Shown: positions 32,213 to 43,253 of the stretch, piece by piece
How positions within the stretch are numbered: the stretch's first letter is position 1
Layout of the letters: the number at the start of each line of letters is the position of its first letter
From: Vairimorpha necatrix
Taxonomy: Eukaryota
Direction of reading: 5' to 3'
Length of the DNA stretch: 64,000 nucleotides
NCBI GenBank assembly: GCA_036630325.1
Contig: CP142736.1
Span: 124,001 to 188,000 of the forward strand
Program-made: the position numbers and the translations under genes
Notes under the pieces: generated by a model
What the model saw: the letters and a program-made list of their open reading frames with translations, nothing else
The model's database searches: none
What the model was told of the DNA's origin: nothing

Positions 32213-33364
32213 ATGCGGAAGAATTTTAAACCTCACGCTAAACAGAACAAACTAGCAAACAGTTACAGAAAAAAGACAATAGACCCGGGCGTAGATCTAA
32301 ATCTGAAAAAAGATGACGACAATTTAGAAAATATTGATGATTACTGGAACATGGCAGAATATGTAATGAATGAAGATCAAGACTCTACACTTGATCAGAT
32401 CAAAGATCTGAAGAAGAAGACATTATTAAAAGATTTTGAGACTAGAATACTCGACGATGTAATGGAAATTTCGACTGACGGGAGTAAAATGTCAACTGAG
32501 CACAAACAAACTCAGAATGTGTCAAACAAACAAACAAAAGAGAATGAGGAATCAGAAGACACATTATTTGATATAAATAATATAAAAGAGAATTTGACTA
32601 ATACTATTAGTAATAATTTAAATATTTCTGGTGATGTTTCAAATACTTCAGGATTTGATACAAATTTAGAAATTAAAAAAATAAACAACAAACAAGGGAT
32701 AATGAAAAACAAAGTAATGACTAAAACCAAAAAGCCAGAAACAAAGGCAATTAACAAGTCTGGAGCGAAAACAACAAGCAAGCCTGTAGCAAAGCCAGAG
32801 CCCAATAAAAAATCAGAGCTCAGTAAAAAATCAGAGCTCAATAAAAAGGCAGAGCTCAGTAAAAAGGCAGAAGTAAATAAAACCACGCTTCGTAATAAAA
32901 AACTAGAATCTAACAAGAGATCAGAAATAAATAAAAAAAGAGATGATTCAAAATTAAGCATAAGTGTCTCAAATCTGAGTTCCTCTAAAAGTCCAAGGAA
33001 ATCTGTTGATCCTCTCAGTTCTTACAAGGGGACTTCTCTCATAAGCAAATCTAATAAAATCTACGGCATGACGAAGATTTCTTCTCTCTACCAAGGCAAG
33101 AGTAAACTCGAGCCCTTAGTGACTAAAAATTCTCTGGAAGCCGGGATCTTGTTTTTAAACCAGGGGGCTTCTATTTTAAAGGAGACTGCTGATAATCCTT
33201 TTACTTTATTTTTATTAAAAGGGCATATTGAGGTATCAATAAATAATGAGGTATTTAGACTTGATAGAGATAGTTGTATGTTTGTAGACGAAGGGAAGGA
33301 ATATAACATAATTGATAAGAGTAAGAATGGTAGTACAATGTTTATAACTTTCAAAGCCAAATGA
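32213..33364 (+). CDS. MIF2: Kinetochore protein Mif2/CENP-C
   Basis: Mif2_N-like G...KKDDDNLENIDDYW; C-terminal cupin AGILFL..G..FTLFLLKGHIEVSIN..F.L..CMFVDEGKEYNI; internal 6-aa repeats. Confidence 0.85.
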   Translation: MRKNFKPHAKQNKLANSYRKKTIDPGVDLNLKKDDDNLENIDDYWNMAEYVMNEDQDSTLDQIKDLKKKTLLKDFETRILDDVMEISTDGSKMSTEHKQTQNVSNKQTKENEESEDTLFDINNIKENLTNTISNNLNISGDVSNTSGFDTNLEIKKINNKQGIMKNKVMTKTKKPETKAINKSGAKTTSKPVAKPEPNKKSELSKKSELNKKAELSKKAEVNKTTLRNKKLESNKRSEINKKRDDSKLSISVSNLSSSKSPRKSVDPLSSYKGTSLISKSNKIYGMTKISSLYQGKSKLEPLVTKNSLEAGILFLNQGASILKETADNPFTLFLLKGHIEVSINNEVFRLDRDSCMFVDEGKEYNIIDKSKNGSTMFITFKAK

Positions 33365-33392
33365 TTATTAAAATACAAATTAAAAAATTAAT

Positions 33393-33528
33393 ATGTTTTA
33401 CTAAAATATCAAAGAAATATGTGTAATGTTTTACTTAAATATCAAAGAAATATGTGTAATATTTTACTAAATATCAAAGAAATATTTGATATGTTTTACT
33501 AAATATTAAAGAAATATGTGTAATATTT
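33393..33528. repeat. ~33-bp minisatellite, 4 copies
   Basis: Imperfect unit ATGTTTTACTAAATATCAAAGAAATATGTGTA just 3' of MIF2. Confidence 0.85.
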
Positions 33529-33641
33529 ATGCAGTGAATAATTATAATTAAAGATATTTTATATTATATTTAGTAATAATATTAAATTCCAATTGTGTTT
33601 AAGCTTTTTTATTTTAAAAAAATGATCTCTTTTTAGGGGTC

Positions 33642-33803
33642 ATGCAAGAAGAAGAAGAAAGAAGGAAAACAGAAACACATCTGAAAAATCTCACTGAAGA
33701 ACATGAGAAAGCAATACAAAATCTAAAGAAGTCACTAGAAAACTTAAAAGAATGTGTAGAGAAAATATCATATGTTACTGATGAAATGAAGAATGACATT
33801 TAA
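33642..33803 (+). CDS. 53-aa coiled-coil microprotein (not in ORF track)
   Basis: ggggtcATG; MQEEEERRKTETHLKNLTEEHEKAIQNLKKSLENLKECVEKISYVTDEMKNDI; paralogue at 34164. Confidence 0.65.
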   Translation: MQEEEERRKTETHLKNLTEEHEKAIQNLKKSLENLKECVEKISYVTDEMKNDI

Positions 33804-33834
33804 ATAAACTAATATTTCAATAGTAAATCAAAAT

Positions 33835-34005
33835 AAAATATGACTTACTTTAAATTGTAAATCTTATTAAAATATGACTTACTTTAAATAAACTTATTAA
33901 AATAAACTTATTAAAATAAACTTAATAAAATATAACTAACTTTAATAATAAAGTAAATTAAAATAAACTTAATAGAATATTTTAACTTTAATAATAAAGT
34001 AAATT
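33835..34005. repeat. AT-rich short tandem repeats
   Basis: Repeated AAATAAACTTATTA and AAAATATGACTTACTTTAAA units. Confidence 0.7.
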
Positions 34006-34163
34006 ATAAATATTATGTAAGATTTTCAAATATTATAATATATAGACAAATTATAAATGCATTTTTATATTTTGCTTTTTTCATGAGTTTGTTTCTTTTT
34101 ATGAGTTTGTTTGTTTGTTTTTTATGCAAAAAACTATAAAAGGACAAATTTCCGCATGATTTC

Positions 34164-34277
34164 ATGGAAGAGAAAGAGTTCAAAAGTCAATTCAAGAAAC
34201 TTGAAGTATCAATTGAAAATATAAAAAGCTCTTTTAAAGAATTAAAAGAGTTTGTAGAGACAATAGATCTGGAATGA
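34164..34277 (+). CDS. 37-aa coiled-coil microprotein or truncated paralogue (not in ORF track)
   Basis: MEEKEFKSQFKKLEVSIENIKSSFKELKEFVETIDLE; EVSIENIKSSFKELKEFVETI aligns with EKAIQNLKKSLENLKECVEKI of 33642. Confidence 0.5.
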   Translation: MEEKEFKSQFKKLEVSIENIKSSFKELKEFVETIDLE

Positions 34278-34773
34278 ATAAATAATATGAGGGGTGTTTA
34301 TTTTAATAATTTCAGACAATATTAAGTGTATTTATTTTCCATAATGGGGTTCAAAAATATAAAAATATATAACATTAAGTATCAAACAAAAAAAGAAACT
34401 TCATTTTATAAGTATGAAGTAGTACACTATAAAATGCATATTGATGATTTAAGAAATATTCATGTAAACTACAATATAGAAATCTCCACTTTATTCAGAA
34501 GAATATAATATAAATACTTAAGTAAACTACAATATAGAAATATGATTATGTAAAGATAGTAAAATTTATCATGTAATTTACAATATAGAAATATGAATAT
34601 AATCAAATATCTAAAATTGAAGTTTTAAGAAATATTGTGTAAACAATATATGGAAATCTAAGACATACATAAATTATGAATGTGAATATATCATGTAATA
34701 TTTTTTTGACATGCAGTTTGTTTGTTTTTACAAACAAATGACTTGTTTATAAATAATATTTTTTTCTTCCTTT

Positions 34774-35586
34774 ATGATCATCACAGATTACATATGCTCA
34801 GAAATAGACTTACCATTATGCAAATATATCAGTCAGAATGCCTGTAATTATTCAAGTAGATATGAATATCTAGGGAAGATGAAGATTTATTCTCCTACAT
34901 TCCTTTGTCTATTAATTTGTAACTTAGGTATGATTAATTGGATGATAGGCCATGTTCAGAATTTATGCTCTAGTATTGGTAGAACAGAGATGAGTTTCTT
35001 CTACTATTTATACGCCATGTCTAATTTCTTACAGATGTTCCTGATCTGCCTTAAGGATAAAGTAGAGAATATGCATTTTATCCTGACTGTCCTCCACTTG
35101 ATTATTTCTAATATGTGCTTCTTCTCTTTACTAGTGGGTTCTTATACACAGGACATGTTTACGGGGAAATGGGGTGTACAGAGTAATCTTATCCTGTACT
35201 CGTTCACTGCTGCTTATGGTTTCCTCAGTGCCATAGTCATCTTCTTTGGTCTACTTCTGAGATCTTCAGTGACTATCTTTGTGTCTTGTCTAGTGTCTAA
35301 TTTCATTATTGGATATGCTTACTATGTCAAGCAGTTTAGGAAATTGAATAAGATCAAGGGGGAGATTTGGGCCTATGGGACTATTCTGATTTCCCTGTTG
35401 TTCTTTGCCTTGGCAGTTGGGTCTATGTTTATTGATTCCAAGTTTATAGGTATACTTACTGATAAATATATAGATAATCTCTTTTTCCATAATTTATTTC
35501 TGTTTTGTGCTATAGTCATGATTCATAAGTTCTGGTTATCTGTATGTGATTATGAAGTGGAGTGTTTATTATTAGACATTAAGTAA
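34774..35586 (+). CDS. CHS7: Chitin synthase export chaperone
   Basis: IC..IDLPLC, IGRTEM.FFYYLY, multi-TM pattern, CAIVMIHKFW. Confidence 0.88.
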   Translation: MIITDYICSEIDLPLCKYISQNACNYSSRYEYLGKMKIYSPTFLCLLICNLGMINWMIGHVQNLCSSIGRTEMSFFYYLYAMSNFLQMFLICLKDKVENMHFILTVLHLIISNMCFFSLLVGSYTQDMFTGKWGVQSNLILYSFTAAYGFLSAIVIFFGLLLRSSVTIFVSCLVSNFIIGYAYYVKQFRKLNKIKGEIWAYGTILISLLFFALAVGSMFIDSKFIGILTDKYIDNLFFHNLFLFCAIVMIHKFWLSVCDYEVECLLLDIK

Positions 35587-35622
35587 TTTAGAAGTATAAT
35601 TATTATTTTATATGATCCCCTA

Positions 35623-35910
35623 ATGTCTAGAAGTCTTAAGCCACTAGAAGATTATTGTAAAGTAGAGAAGAGAGAGAAGAAAGAAAAGGAATATAAACCA
35701 AAGAGGGTATACAGGAAAGTAAAGAATAATATAAATATACCACCAGTAATATCAAGATATAAAAACCCGACAAGTGAACTTGTCCCATTAGAACTCAGGA
35801 GGAAGACTGGAGATACAGAGATTATAAATTATAAGAAGTTTATAGACTTCAATAAATGTCTAGACCAAATAGAAGAACTCTGTAAGAAAAAGAATAGGGA
35901 GCTTGAATAA
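35623..35910 (+). CDS. Small basic hypothetical protein (95 aa)
   Basis: cccctaATG; codon-like composition. Confidence 0.7.
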   Translation: MSRSLKPLEDYCKVEKREKKEKEYKPKRVYRKVKNNINIPPVISRYKNPTSELVPLELRRKTGDTEIINYKKFIDFNKCLDQIEELCKKKNRELE

Positions 35911-35979
35911 TATATAAGCTTAATATTATATAAATAAGAACATAAAGTAATAAAAATATAAAACATTCCCCCTTTTTAT

Positions 35980-36717
35980 TTAAATAAATTTCTTGTATAA
36001 ATTCTCATAATACTCAAATAGTTTATATGGCACCTCTCTCTTAATGATCTCATATGATAGATCCTTCACACTTCTATCTGTGTACTGAATTACTGCGTAT
36101 TTAATGGAATCATTTTCCTGCTTAATATCCAGGACTTTAAGGATATTTGACTTAAGATCTAATTTATAAAAATCATTAATACTAGAACTTAATGACAAAA
36201 CTTTATCATGTAAAGAATTATTAGTGTCATTCTTAGACTTCTTCTCTACACTTTTATTAGAAGACAAGGTAGACACTTTCTTGGGGCGCTTAGTCTCTTT
36301 TATAAGACTTCTGTTTTCATTTTCTTTTAGCGAACTTTTCCTAGATTTCTTTTTTTCTTGTAGAGAGGTGTCATTTTTCTCATCTTTAATTGTGCTATTT
36401 GCTAAGGATGTCTTCTTTTCTTTCTTGCTCTTCTTATCCTGTTTACTATCTGTAATTTTACTTTCTCCTATTTTACTACCTGCAATTTTACTTTCTCCTA
36501 TTTTACTTTCTTGTAGTGCACTTTTCTTGGCAATTTTCTCTTCATATTTTTTTATTAGATCGTCCGCATCAATATTGTCATAGGGCTCCCATGTATTCTC
36601 AGAGGAAGGGTACCCCTTCCATTTTATTAGGTAATGAGGCTTACCATTGATAAATTTCTTATTCACTATTTTTTCTACTAAGAAATCTTCGTCCTGATTA
36701 GTATCCTCTTTGTCCAT
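35980..36717 (-). CDS. HP1/Swi6-like chromodomain protein
   Basis: Chromodomain [29 protein letters not shown]; basic hinge; chromoshadow-like [27 protein letters not shown]. Confidence 0.9.
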   Translation of the reverse strand: MDKEDTNQDEDFLVEKIVNKKFINGKPHYLIKWKGYPSSENTWEPYDNIDADDLIKKYEEKIAKKSALQESKIGESKIAGSKIGESKITDSKQDKKSKKEKKTSLANSTIKDEKNDTSLQEKKKSRKSSLKENENRSLIKETKRPKKVSTLSSNKSVEKKSKNDTNNSLHDKVLSLSSSINDFYKLDLKSNILKVLDIKQENDSIKYAVIQYTDRSVKDLSYEIIKREVPYKLFEYYENLYKKFI

Positions 36718-37020
36718 TTTGATTTTTAAGGGTCCAGAAAATTAAATAAAAAAAGAAAAAAAAAATAAGAAGAAGAAGAAGAAATATAAATTTGAATATA
36801 CAAAACAAATACTGTGTGTTTTTCATATAAACATGGTGTGTGCAGACTGGAAAATAAGTGATGTGTATTTGAATTATATTTTTACATATAACTTCTTATA
36901 CAGAAAAATTATACATATAAGTTTAAAGACAAATTTGAACAAATGTGCAAATTTGATTGGCTACTAAAAGTATATAAGTATAAATTGAGGATTTATATAA
37001 ATTTGACAATGTCTAAATTT

Positions 37021-38391
37021 TTAATCTATTTTCTCCTCTTTACTTGTTAAACTGTTCTTATTAATAATTCGTGTACTTAAAAACATCGACCCTATAAAAA
37101 TAATCCCCAATCCTATAAAGAAATTCCTAAACTGACTCCAGTCATAATGCTCAAACTCCTGGAAATATATTCCCGCCGTCACTATACTAAGTATAGACCA
37201 AGTAATATGAAAAATAGGCACTACTAATAACGCATCATACCTTTTTAACCCCCTATTTAACCAATAAATCTGTCCAAATGTACACAAAACTAACCCGCCT
37301 ATAAAAACATAAGTTACAAAATATTTAAACTGGTTCTCTTCACTTATCGTTTTATCAATAATCTCCGCCAAAGATTTAATACAAAGCGTCGTAAATGACG
37401 CTATAAACGAACTAAGTAAAACATACATAAGCACCATAAAATATTTTATAATGTACCCGTCATCATCAAAATAAACATTTTCACTGTAAAAAAGTCTATT
37501 ATTATCTTCATTAAACCTACTATTAGTTTCTACGTATCTTATAAACCAATATAAAAAAATTATAAAAAATAATATAGTAAAAAAATATAGAATAATTGAA
37601 GGCTTGTGGTATAATTTTAGTAATTCACATAATGAATAAGATTTATGTGATACTTTAGTATTAAAGATTATGAATGTGGTACCTGTAAAAACGAAAAAAA
37701 TGGCCGCGAGATCTTTGTAAGTAAAAATTTCGTCATTGATTAAAGGCGCCAGAATCGAGTTTGAGACTAAACCTGTAGCGCTTAGTACAGCCAGAAGTGA
37801 TTGGTTTCCGAAAATGTATGATAAATATCCTGACAATTTGCCAACTATATAAATTATCATACCAATATTAAATGTATCAAAATTGTGTAAAAAGATTTTT
37901 ATATTGTTTTTTGTATATGATAATTTTTGTATATTAACACCAGTATTAATTAATACATTTCCTAATATACTTAATATAGCACCTATAATCCATTTAGAAT
38001 TAGAAGATTCGTAACTACAAAGATAATGATTATTCTTAAAAACGCATGATTGTTTTATATCGCAACCACTAAGCTGACTGGGTCTGTTTGGATTACATCT
38101 CTTGTTTTCTGGAATAGGTAGGCAACAATAAGTGGATTCTATAAATTTGGAAATCATACATTCATTTTCGACTTTACACTGCGCGGAACACGCAATTGGG
38201 CCGTAAAACGAGTAAGACGCGCACTGTTGTGGCATTGTACAATGTTCGGCGGGTGGGAGTAATTTTGAGCAAATGTTGTTTACGCAGTAAGAAGTGTGGA
38301 TGTCTGGTCTGTTTTTAATGAAACAATCTTTGTCATGAGTACAAGGAATGGGAACTGAGTAGAGGAAACTCATACAAGAAAATATCAACAT
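37021..38391 (-). CDS. NIPA-type Mg2+ transporter with N-terminal Cys-rich extracellular domain
   Basis: IGAILSILGN..G.NIQK, SYIFGNQSLLAVL, QIYWLNRGLKRYDALLVVP, GIYFQEF; signal peptide plus many Cys in first ~125 aa. Confidence 0.9.
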   Translation of the reverse strand: MLIFSCMSFLYSVPIPCTHDKDCFIKNRPDIHTSYCVNNICSKLLPPAEHCTMPQQCASYSFYGPIACSAQCKVENECMISKFIESTYCCLPIPENKRCNPNRPSQLSGCDIKQSCVFKNNHYLCSYESSNSKWIIGAILSILGNVLINTGVNIQKLSYTKNNIKIFLHNFDTFNIGMIIYIVGKLSGYLSYIFGNQSLLAVLSATGLVSNSILAPLINDEIFTYKDLAAIFFVFTGTTFIIFNTKVSHKSYSLCELLKLYHKPSIILYFFTILFFIIFLYWFIRYVETNSRFNEDNNRLFYSENVYFDDDGYIIKYFMVLMYVLLSSFIASFTTLCIKSLAEIIDKTISEENQFKYFVTYVFIGGLVLCTFGQIYWLNRGLKRYDALLVVPIFHITWSILSIVTAGIYFQEFEHYDWSQFRNFFIGLGIIFIGSMFLSTRIINKNSLTSKEEKID

Positions 38392-38419
38392 GTTTGTTTA
38401 TAAACAAAAAAAAACATAA

Positions 38420-38643
38420 ATGAGTTATTTTTAGATGTGTCAGTTTATAAAATGTAATTGTTTATGACATAATACTTAATGTAACTTTTAAACATGAATT
38501 CTAAATAAGTGTTAATGTTTCAGTCTAAAAAATGGTTGTTTTAGATATAAATACAAAAGAAACCTTTAATAAATATTATATGAGTTATTTAGATGTGTCA
38601 GTTATTAAATTTATTTACTTTAGACATAATACTTAATGTAACT
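38420..38643. repeat. ~65-bp direct duplication in divergent promoter region
   Basis: ATGAGTTATTTTAGATGTGTCAGTT...GACATAATACTTAATGTAACT at ~38420 and ~38580. Confidence 0.8.
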
Positions 38644-38866
38644 CGACATTAAATATTATGTAATTGAGGTATAATATCATGTAACTAAACATATTTTACT
38701 TAATGTAATTGGAGATATTATGTTTCGGCTAATAACAGCATTAGTGTAAAAAAAACTAAGAAAATGTTTTTTGAACATATTTCAATTTACTAGATATTTT
38801 TTATATTTTTAATTTTGTCCGTTATTTTTTTAATTTCAACTTTATTTTCTAATAATTTCGCCCTTT

Positions 38867-39682
38867 ATGGATACAGACCCAATAAACAATTATGAGACAA
38901 TAGAACACGACATGATTCATATAAAAGACTACTTCAAGAATTATAAATTTGGTATACAAGAAAGATTATCAAAACTTTATTTTCTTAATAACCTAAACAC
39001 TTCCAAACTAAACGACACTTCAGATTTACTAAAAAACTCCAAAGAAAAACTAGTAGAAATAAAAAACAAAGGCAAAGAATGCGACCAATTCATTTTTGAT
39101 ATTTCCTCGAAATTGTACAACAAATCTCAAGAAATAAAAAATGAAAAAAAAAATTTAGAAAATTTAAAAATTTTACTAAAAACTAAAAACCAAGAATTTA
39201 ATGATTTAAACCATAAAGGCGACTTATTTCAGATTTATGAAACCCATAACAGCAAATATAAAAAGGTATGTAATGATATAGAAAATGTGTTAAACAATAT
39301 AAAAAAATTTAAAGAAGAATTGGAAAATAAAAAAAAATTTAATATTGAAGAATTAGAAGTTTATAAGAATAAATTGATGAGTAGAACTAGAAGATTGTCA
39401 GTTATACAATATGAGAAGTATATAGAAGATTTGTATGAATTTTATAAGAAGATGGTAAGTAAAATTAAAGGGATTTTTGAGATTAAAATAGAGACGAGAA
39501 GTGAAGAAAATAAGATATTGGTGTTTGTAGTGAATAAAGAGAAAAATGAATTGAAGATTGAGATAGTTAATGGGAAGATAGAAAGTATTAAAGGATTGGG
39601 AGATGAAAAGAAAGAAGAGTTTTATAAAAAGATTAATGACCCAAGACATGTTATATATAATTTTATATATAAAGCTAAATAA
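38867..39682 (+). CDS. Coiled-coil protein, Sos7/Kre28 (Zwint-like) kinetochore subunit candidate
   Basis: DMIHIKDYFKNYKFGIQERLSKLYFL fits the Sos7 pattern as I recall it (D..H.KE.F...F...E...KE.F); coiled coil then possible RWD-like C-terminus. Confidence 0.65.
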   Translation: MDTDPINNYETIEHDMIHIKDYFKNYKFGIQERLSKLYFLNNLNTSKLNDTSDLLKNSKEKLVEIKNKGKECDQFIFDISSKLYNKSQEIKNEKKNLENLKILLKTKNQEFNDLNHKGDLFQIYETHNSKYKKVCNDIENVLNNIKKFKEELENKKKFNIEELEVYKNKLMSRTRRLSVIQYEKYIEDLYEFYKKMVSKIKGIFEIKIETRSEENKILVFVVNKEKNELKIEIVNGKIESIKGLGDEKKEEFYKKINDPRHVIYNFIYKAK

Positions 39683-39749
39683 ATTATTAAGTGTGTAAAT
39701 AAAATTATTAAGTGTGTAAATAAATATTATAATTCTTGTAGTATAAATA

Positions 39750-39874
39750 AAAAAATGATTTAATTAGGATTTGTTCAGTGTAGTTTATACATCTAATTTA
39801 ACAAGAAGATTTCCGCGTTAGCTTCTCCTGCTTGCATGGCTTCCGGCTCCATAGTCCTTTCTACATCGGCCTCG
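39750..39874 (-). mobile_element. Short 3'-end relic of non-LTR element related to 1205-1509
   Basis: ttccgcgttagcttctcctgcttg..ctccatagtcctttctacatc aligns with ~1268-1330, plus shared 3' UTR. Confidence 0.75.
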
Positions 39875-40247
39875 AGAGAATATATAAATGAAATATTAAA
39901 AAAAAATATCGAAAAAAAGATAGATATATCCACAAAAAAAAATATAAATTAACAAATAAAGTCAATGTAAAGAACTCTTATGTGACAACAACGATATGGC
40001 AAATTAGAACATTTACATAACAGAGATATTACAAAATATCTTTGAATTGGCAACGAGTATAAAAAAACGAAAAGTTTTCAAAACAATTCTTTTAGAAACC
40101 AAACAGCCATAAAACCAAGGAATAATCAACAAAAAAACAATGACCAACATATTTGAAAGCACAACGAAGTTTAGAGCATAGTCTTAATATGAAAAATGCA
40201 GCCACAAGAATAAATTTATGAAATATGTTTTTTTTTGACCCCCTAAA

Positions 40248-42503
40248 ATGAATTCCTTCTTTACAAAAGAGTCAGAGAATTTGATTCTTCAAGACATTTC
40301 TGAGAAATTTAATTCTTCAACATTAAACACTAGGAATTGTATAAAATCTATAAACGCCTTTTTATATTTCTTACAATCTAATAAATTAGATCAGGATACT
40401 ATAAATAGTATCCTGATCTTCCTCTTAAGATCTTTCCAGAGTAAAGAACAATATCTTAAACATGTGGTCTATAGCGTCTTAATAGAACTTTCTAAATACA
40501 CTGACCAAGGTTTTATAGGAATAAACATAATTCTGAAAGATTTTACTACATCAAAATATAAATCTAAAATCTTAAAAAGTTTATTCTGTATAATCCCAGA
40601 AGAAATGATAAACGACTTTACAAAATATTTAAAAGAATCTTTTATTAGTTCAGACGAGAAATTAGTAAATTCCTCTGTACTTGTAAGTTATTTACTAATT
40701 AATAAGAATTTTATAAAATCTAAAGATTTATTTAAAAATTTGAAAATTACAGACGATATTTACGGATACCATAAATTGGCCTTATTAAACTTATCAAATA
40801 AAATAAACAATGATCATTTTAATTATAAAAACGAGGCGGGAATTATGAGCGTGAGATTGGCAGTAAAATATAAAAAATTTGAAAAATTTAAAAATTTTTT
40901 AAATTTGCGAATTAGTGACACGATAATATTTTTTGAAGCTTGTAATCAAATGACAGAAATAAGAGAAGAAAATTCTTTACAATTTATAACTTTGATTTGT
41001 CAAGGTCTAAAAAATTTTTTAAAAAATGGAAATTTTTATGAAAAATTTTCTAGTATAAAAATTTTATCAAAGTTAAGTACAAAATTTCCAAGTAAAATTG
41101 GAATTTTAAATAAAGAAATCGAGGAATTATTACAAGATTCTAGTAAAAGTTTGTCTATGTTGGCAATTAGCACTTTATTAAAAACTGGTACAGAAGAAAC
41201 AATCGATCGACTTATAAAATATTTACCAGATTTTATGAGCGAAATGGACGACAATCATAAAAAAGTTGGTCTGAACGCCCTCTACATTTTAACTCTAAAA
41301 AATACTAAAAAAATTAATATTTTTTTAGATTTTGTAAAAACATGTTTTTTAGAAAAAGGTAGTTTATCTTTTAAATTGTACATAGTCAATTTACTAAGAA
41401 AACTTCTTAATAATAGTGACAGTACTCTAATTGATAATATTCTGGATATTTATGTTAATTATCTAGAAGATAGCGAATATTACGAAGTAAGTGCTGAGAT
41501 ATTGGGAATTATGAGTAGAGAAATTTATAAATCTAAAAATAGTAAAAAATATCTTCTACATGTTTATAATAGACTGATTTTAGAAGATAATAAATATAAA
41601 AATTGTGTATTGCAGACAATTTACGATTTATCTAATAAAATCAATTTAGATGAGTCAGTATTTTATGACTGTGAAGATGAGGTATTAAAAAAATTTTATA
41701 TTAATAATAAACAACAAAATGTTAATACTAGTGAAAATTTTTACGATTCTGAAAATTTAAAAATTTTATTAGGAGATTTAAATGATAAAGTACAAGAATA
41801 TCTTAAAGATTATAAAATTGAAGAAAATATTATCAAAGAAGATACTGTTAAAGAAAACATTAAAGAATCAAGAGAAATTTTACTAAATAAAGAAACAGAT
41901 GAAATTTTAATAAAATTAGTAAAAAAAATATCAGGGGAAAAAATAAACTTAGAATATAAAATTCAGAACAATCATGAAGATTTAGAAATAAAAAACGGAA
42001 TTTTAAGTGTAAAAATTAACGGAGAAATTGAGAAATTATCATTTAAAAATTTGAAACCTGGAAATACAAAAATTTTAAATTTAGAAATTAAATCTGAACT
42101 CGATTTATCAATATTTGGTAATTTAGACTACGAAATTTGTATAGTAGACGACTATAGCGAGACAGAAAACGAATCAATTTCACTTGTCCCGTACCAAATA
42201 ACATTATTTGATCTAATGATAAATAAAAATACAGAAAAAGGTGAATATAACAAAATTATAAAAATTAATTTGAAAAATGATCTGGTAGGTGGTAGTAAAA
42301 AAATTTTAGATTTGATAAATTTGAAAGTAGTTTCTCAGAATAATCTAAAAAATAAAAACCAAATACATTTTTCGGGGGAGTATGAAAATAAAGGGTGTTA
42401 TATTGAATGCGATATTGAATATGATAGGATATGTAGAATTAGTATTGAGATATGGAATGATAGTGAAGAATTATTAGAAAAAATTATGAAATATTTTGAG
42501 TAA
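40248..42503 (+). CDS. SEC21: Coatomer subunit gamma
   Basis: FQSK..LKH.VY, LAISTLLKTGTEETIDRL, YLEDSEY, YNRLILE, appendage domain; cccctaaaATG. Confidence 0.93.
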   Translation: MNSFFTKESENLILQDISEKFNSSTLNTRNCIKSINAFLYFLQSNKLDQDTINSILIFLLRSFQSKEQYLKHVVYSVLIELSKYTDQGFIGINIILKDFTTSKYKSKILKSLFCIIPEEMINDFTKYLKESFISSDEKLVNSSVLVSYLLINKNFIKSKDLFKNLKITDDIYGYHKLALLNLSNKINNDHFNYKNEAGIMSVRLAVKYKKFEKFKNFLNLRISDTIIFFEACNQMTEIREENSLQFITLICQGLKNFLKNGNFYEKFSSIKILSKLSTKFPSKIGILNKEIEELLQDSSKSLSMLAISTLLKTGTEETIDRLIKYLPDFMSEMDDNHKKVGLNALYILTLKNTKKINIFLDFVKTCFLEKGSLSFKLYIVNLLRKLLNNSDSTLIDNILDIYVNYLEDSEYYEVSAEILGIMSREIYKSKNSKKYLLHVYNRLILEDNKYKNCVLQTIYDLSNKINLDESVFYDCEDEVLKKFYINNKQQNVNTSENFYDSENLKILLGDLNDKVQEYLKDYKIEENIIKEDTVKENIKESREILLNKETDEILIKLVKKISGEKINLEYKIQNNHEDLEIKNGILSVKINGEIEKLSFKNLKPGNTKILNLEIKSELDLSIFGNLDYEICIVDDYSETENESISLVPYQITLFDLMINKNTEKGEYNKIIKINLKNDLVGGSKKILDLINLKVVSQNNLKNKNQIHFSGEYENKGCYIECDIEYDRICRISIEIWNDSEELLEKIMKYFE

Positions 42504-42542
42504 ATAAAAAATTTGAAATTTTTAAAAATATATTATTTTAGA

Positions 42543-43253
42543 TGTAAAAAGGTCAAAAAATCTTGAGTAAGATCGATATGGGAACATGTCTAAAAATCAT
42601 AATATGAAATTATTAAACAAAGTTAGCACAAATTTAAACTTGTCGATTTCAAATCTTCGTGTATATAAGTATTTGTCTCGAAGAAATCATATTTCTATCT
42701 AACTATATCGCTTTAAAAATTATATAGAGCATATTACAAAAGACATATGTTAGATATATTTAAGATGGACATCTTTGTATGTCGTCAGTCACGTATGTCA
42801 TCTACATCTTGTACCCTTTCTTGCTGCCACACACAGTTCTGCATTCTATGACGTAATCTTTATCTCGCAAAAATTTCGGAATGCGGACAGAGAAACAATA
42901 TCATGTTGTAGCATGATATCGCTCTTTTATTTCTATGTTTCTCGATATTTTAAGGAAAAAATATAGAGTAAATCAGCCACTGGCCTTATATAAGCCATAC
43001 AGGATTTTTATGTAAAATAGAATGGAACTCGACCTACATTATATTTAAACCTTAAGATACTTTTTTCTACTAGACTTAAGTTCTATGGCTGGATGCATAC
43101 AAGTTTCAAAAATCTAATTCATGATTTTAAAGAAATATTGCATCTCAAAAAGATCTTAAACTTAGTAACGTAAATCAAACTTGATGCTCTTGGGAATCGA
43201 ACTAGAATTTTTGTGCATGAACTCAGTCTTTTAACTACTAATCTATGAGCACA
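42543..43253 (-). ncRNA. tRNA-headed structured non-coding element, copy 3 (most decayed body)
   Basis: Minus-strand head GTGCTCATAG..GTTCGATTCCCAAGAGCATCA (canonical B-box/T-loop); TGAAACTTGTATGCATCCAGCC at 43108-43087; GATGTCCATC and TACTCAAGATT blocks in expected order. Confidence 0.6.

Noticed and set aside
34455-34665. GTAAACTACAATATAGAAAT-like repeats spaced 50-65 nt apart, CRISPR-like at first sight
   Set aside because: Degenerate and irregular, no cas genes, eukaryotic context; decayed minisatellite
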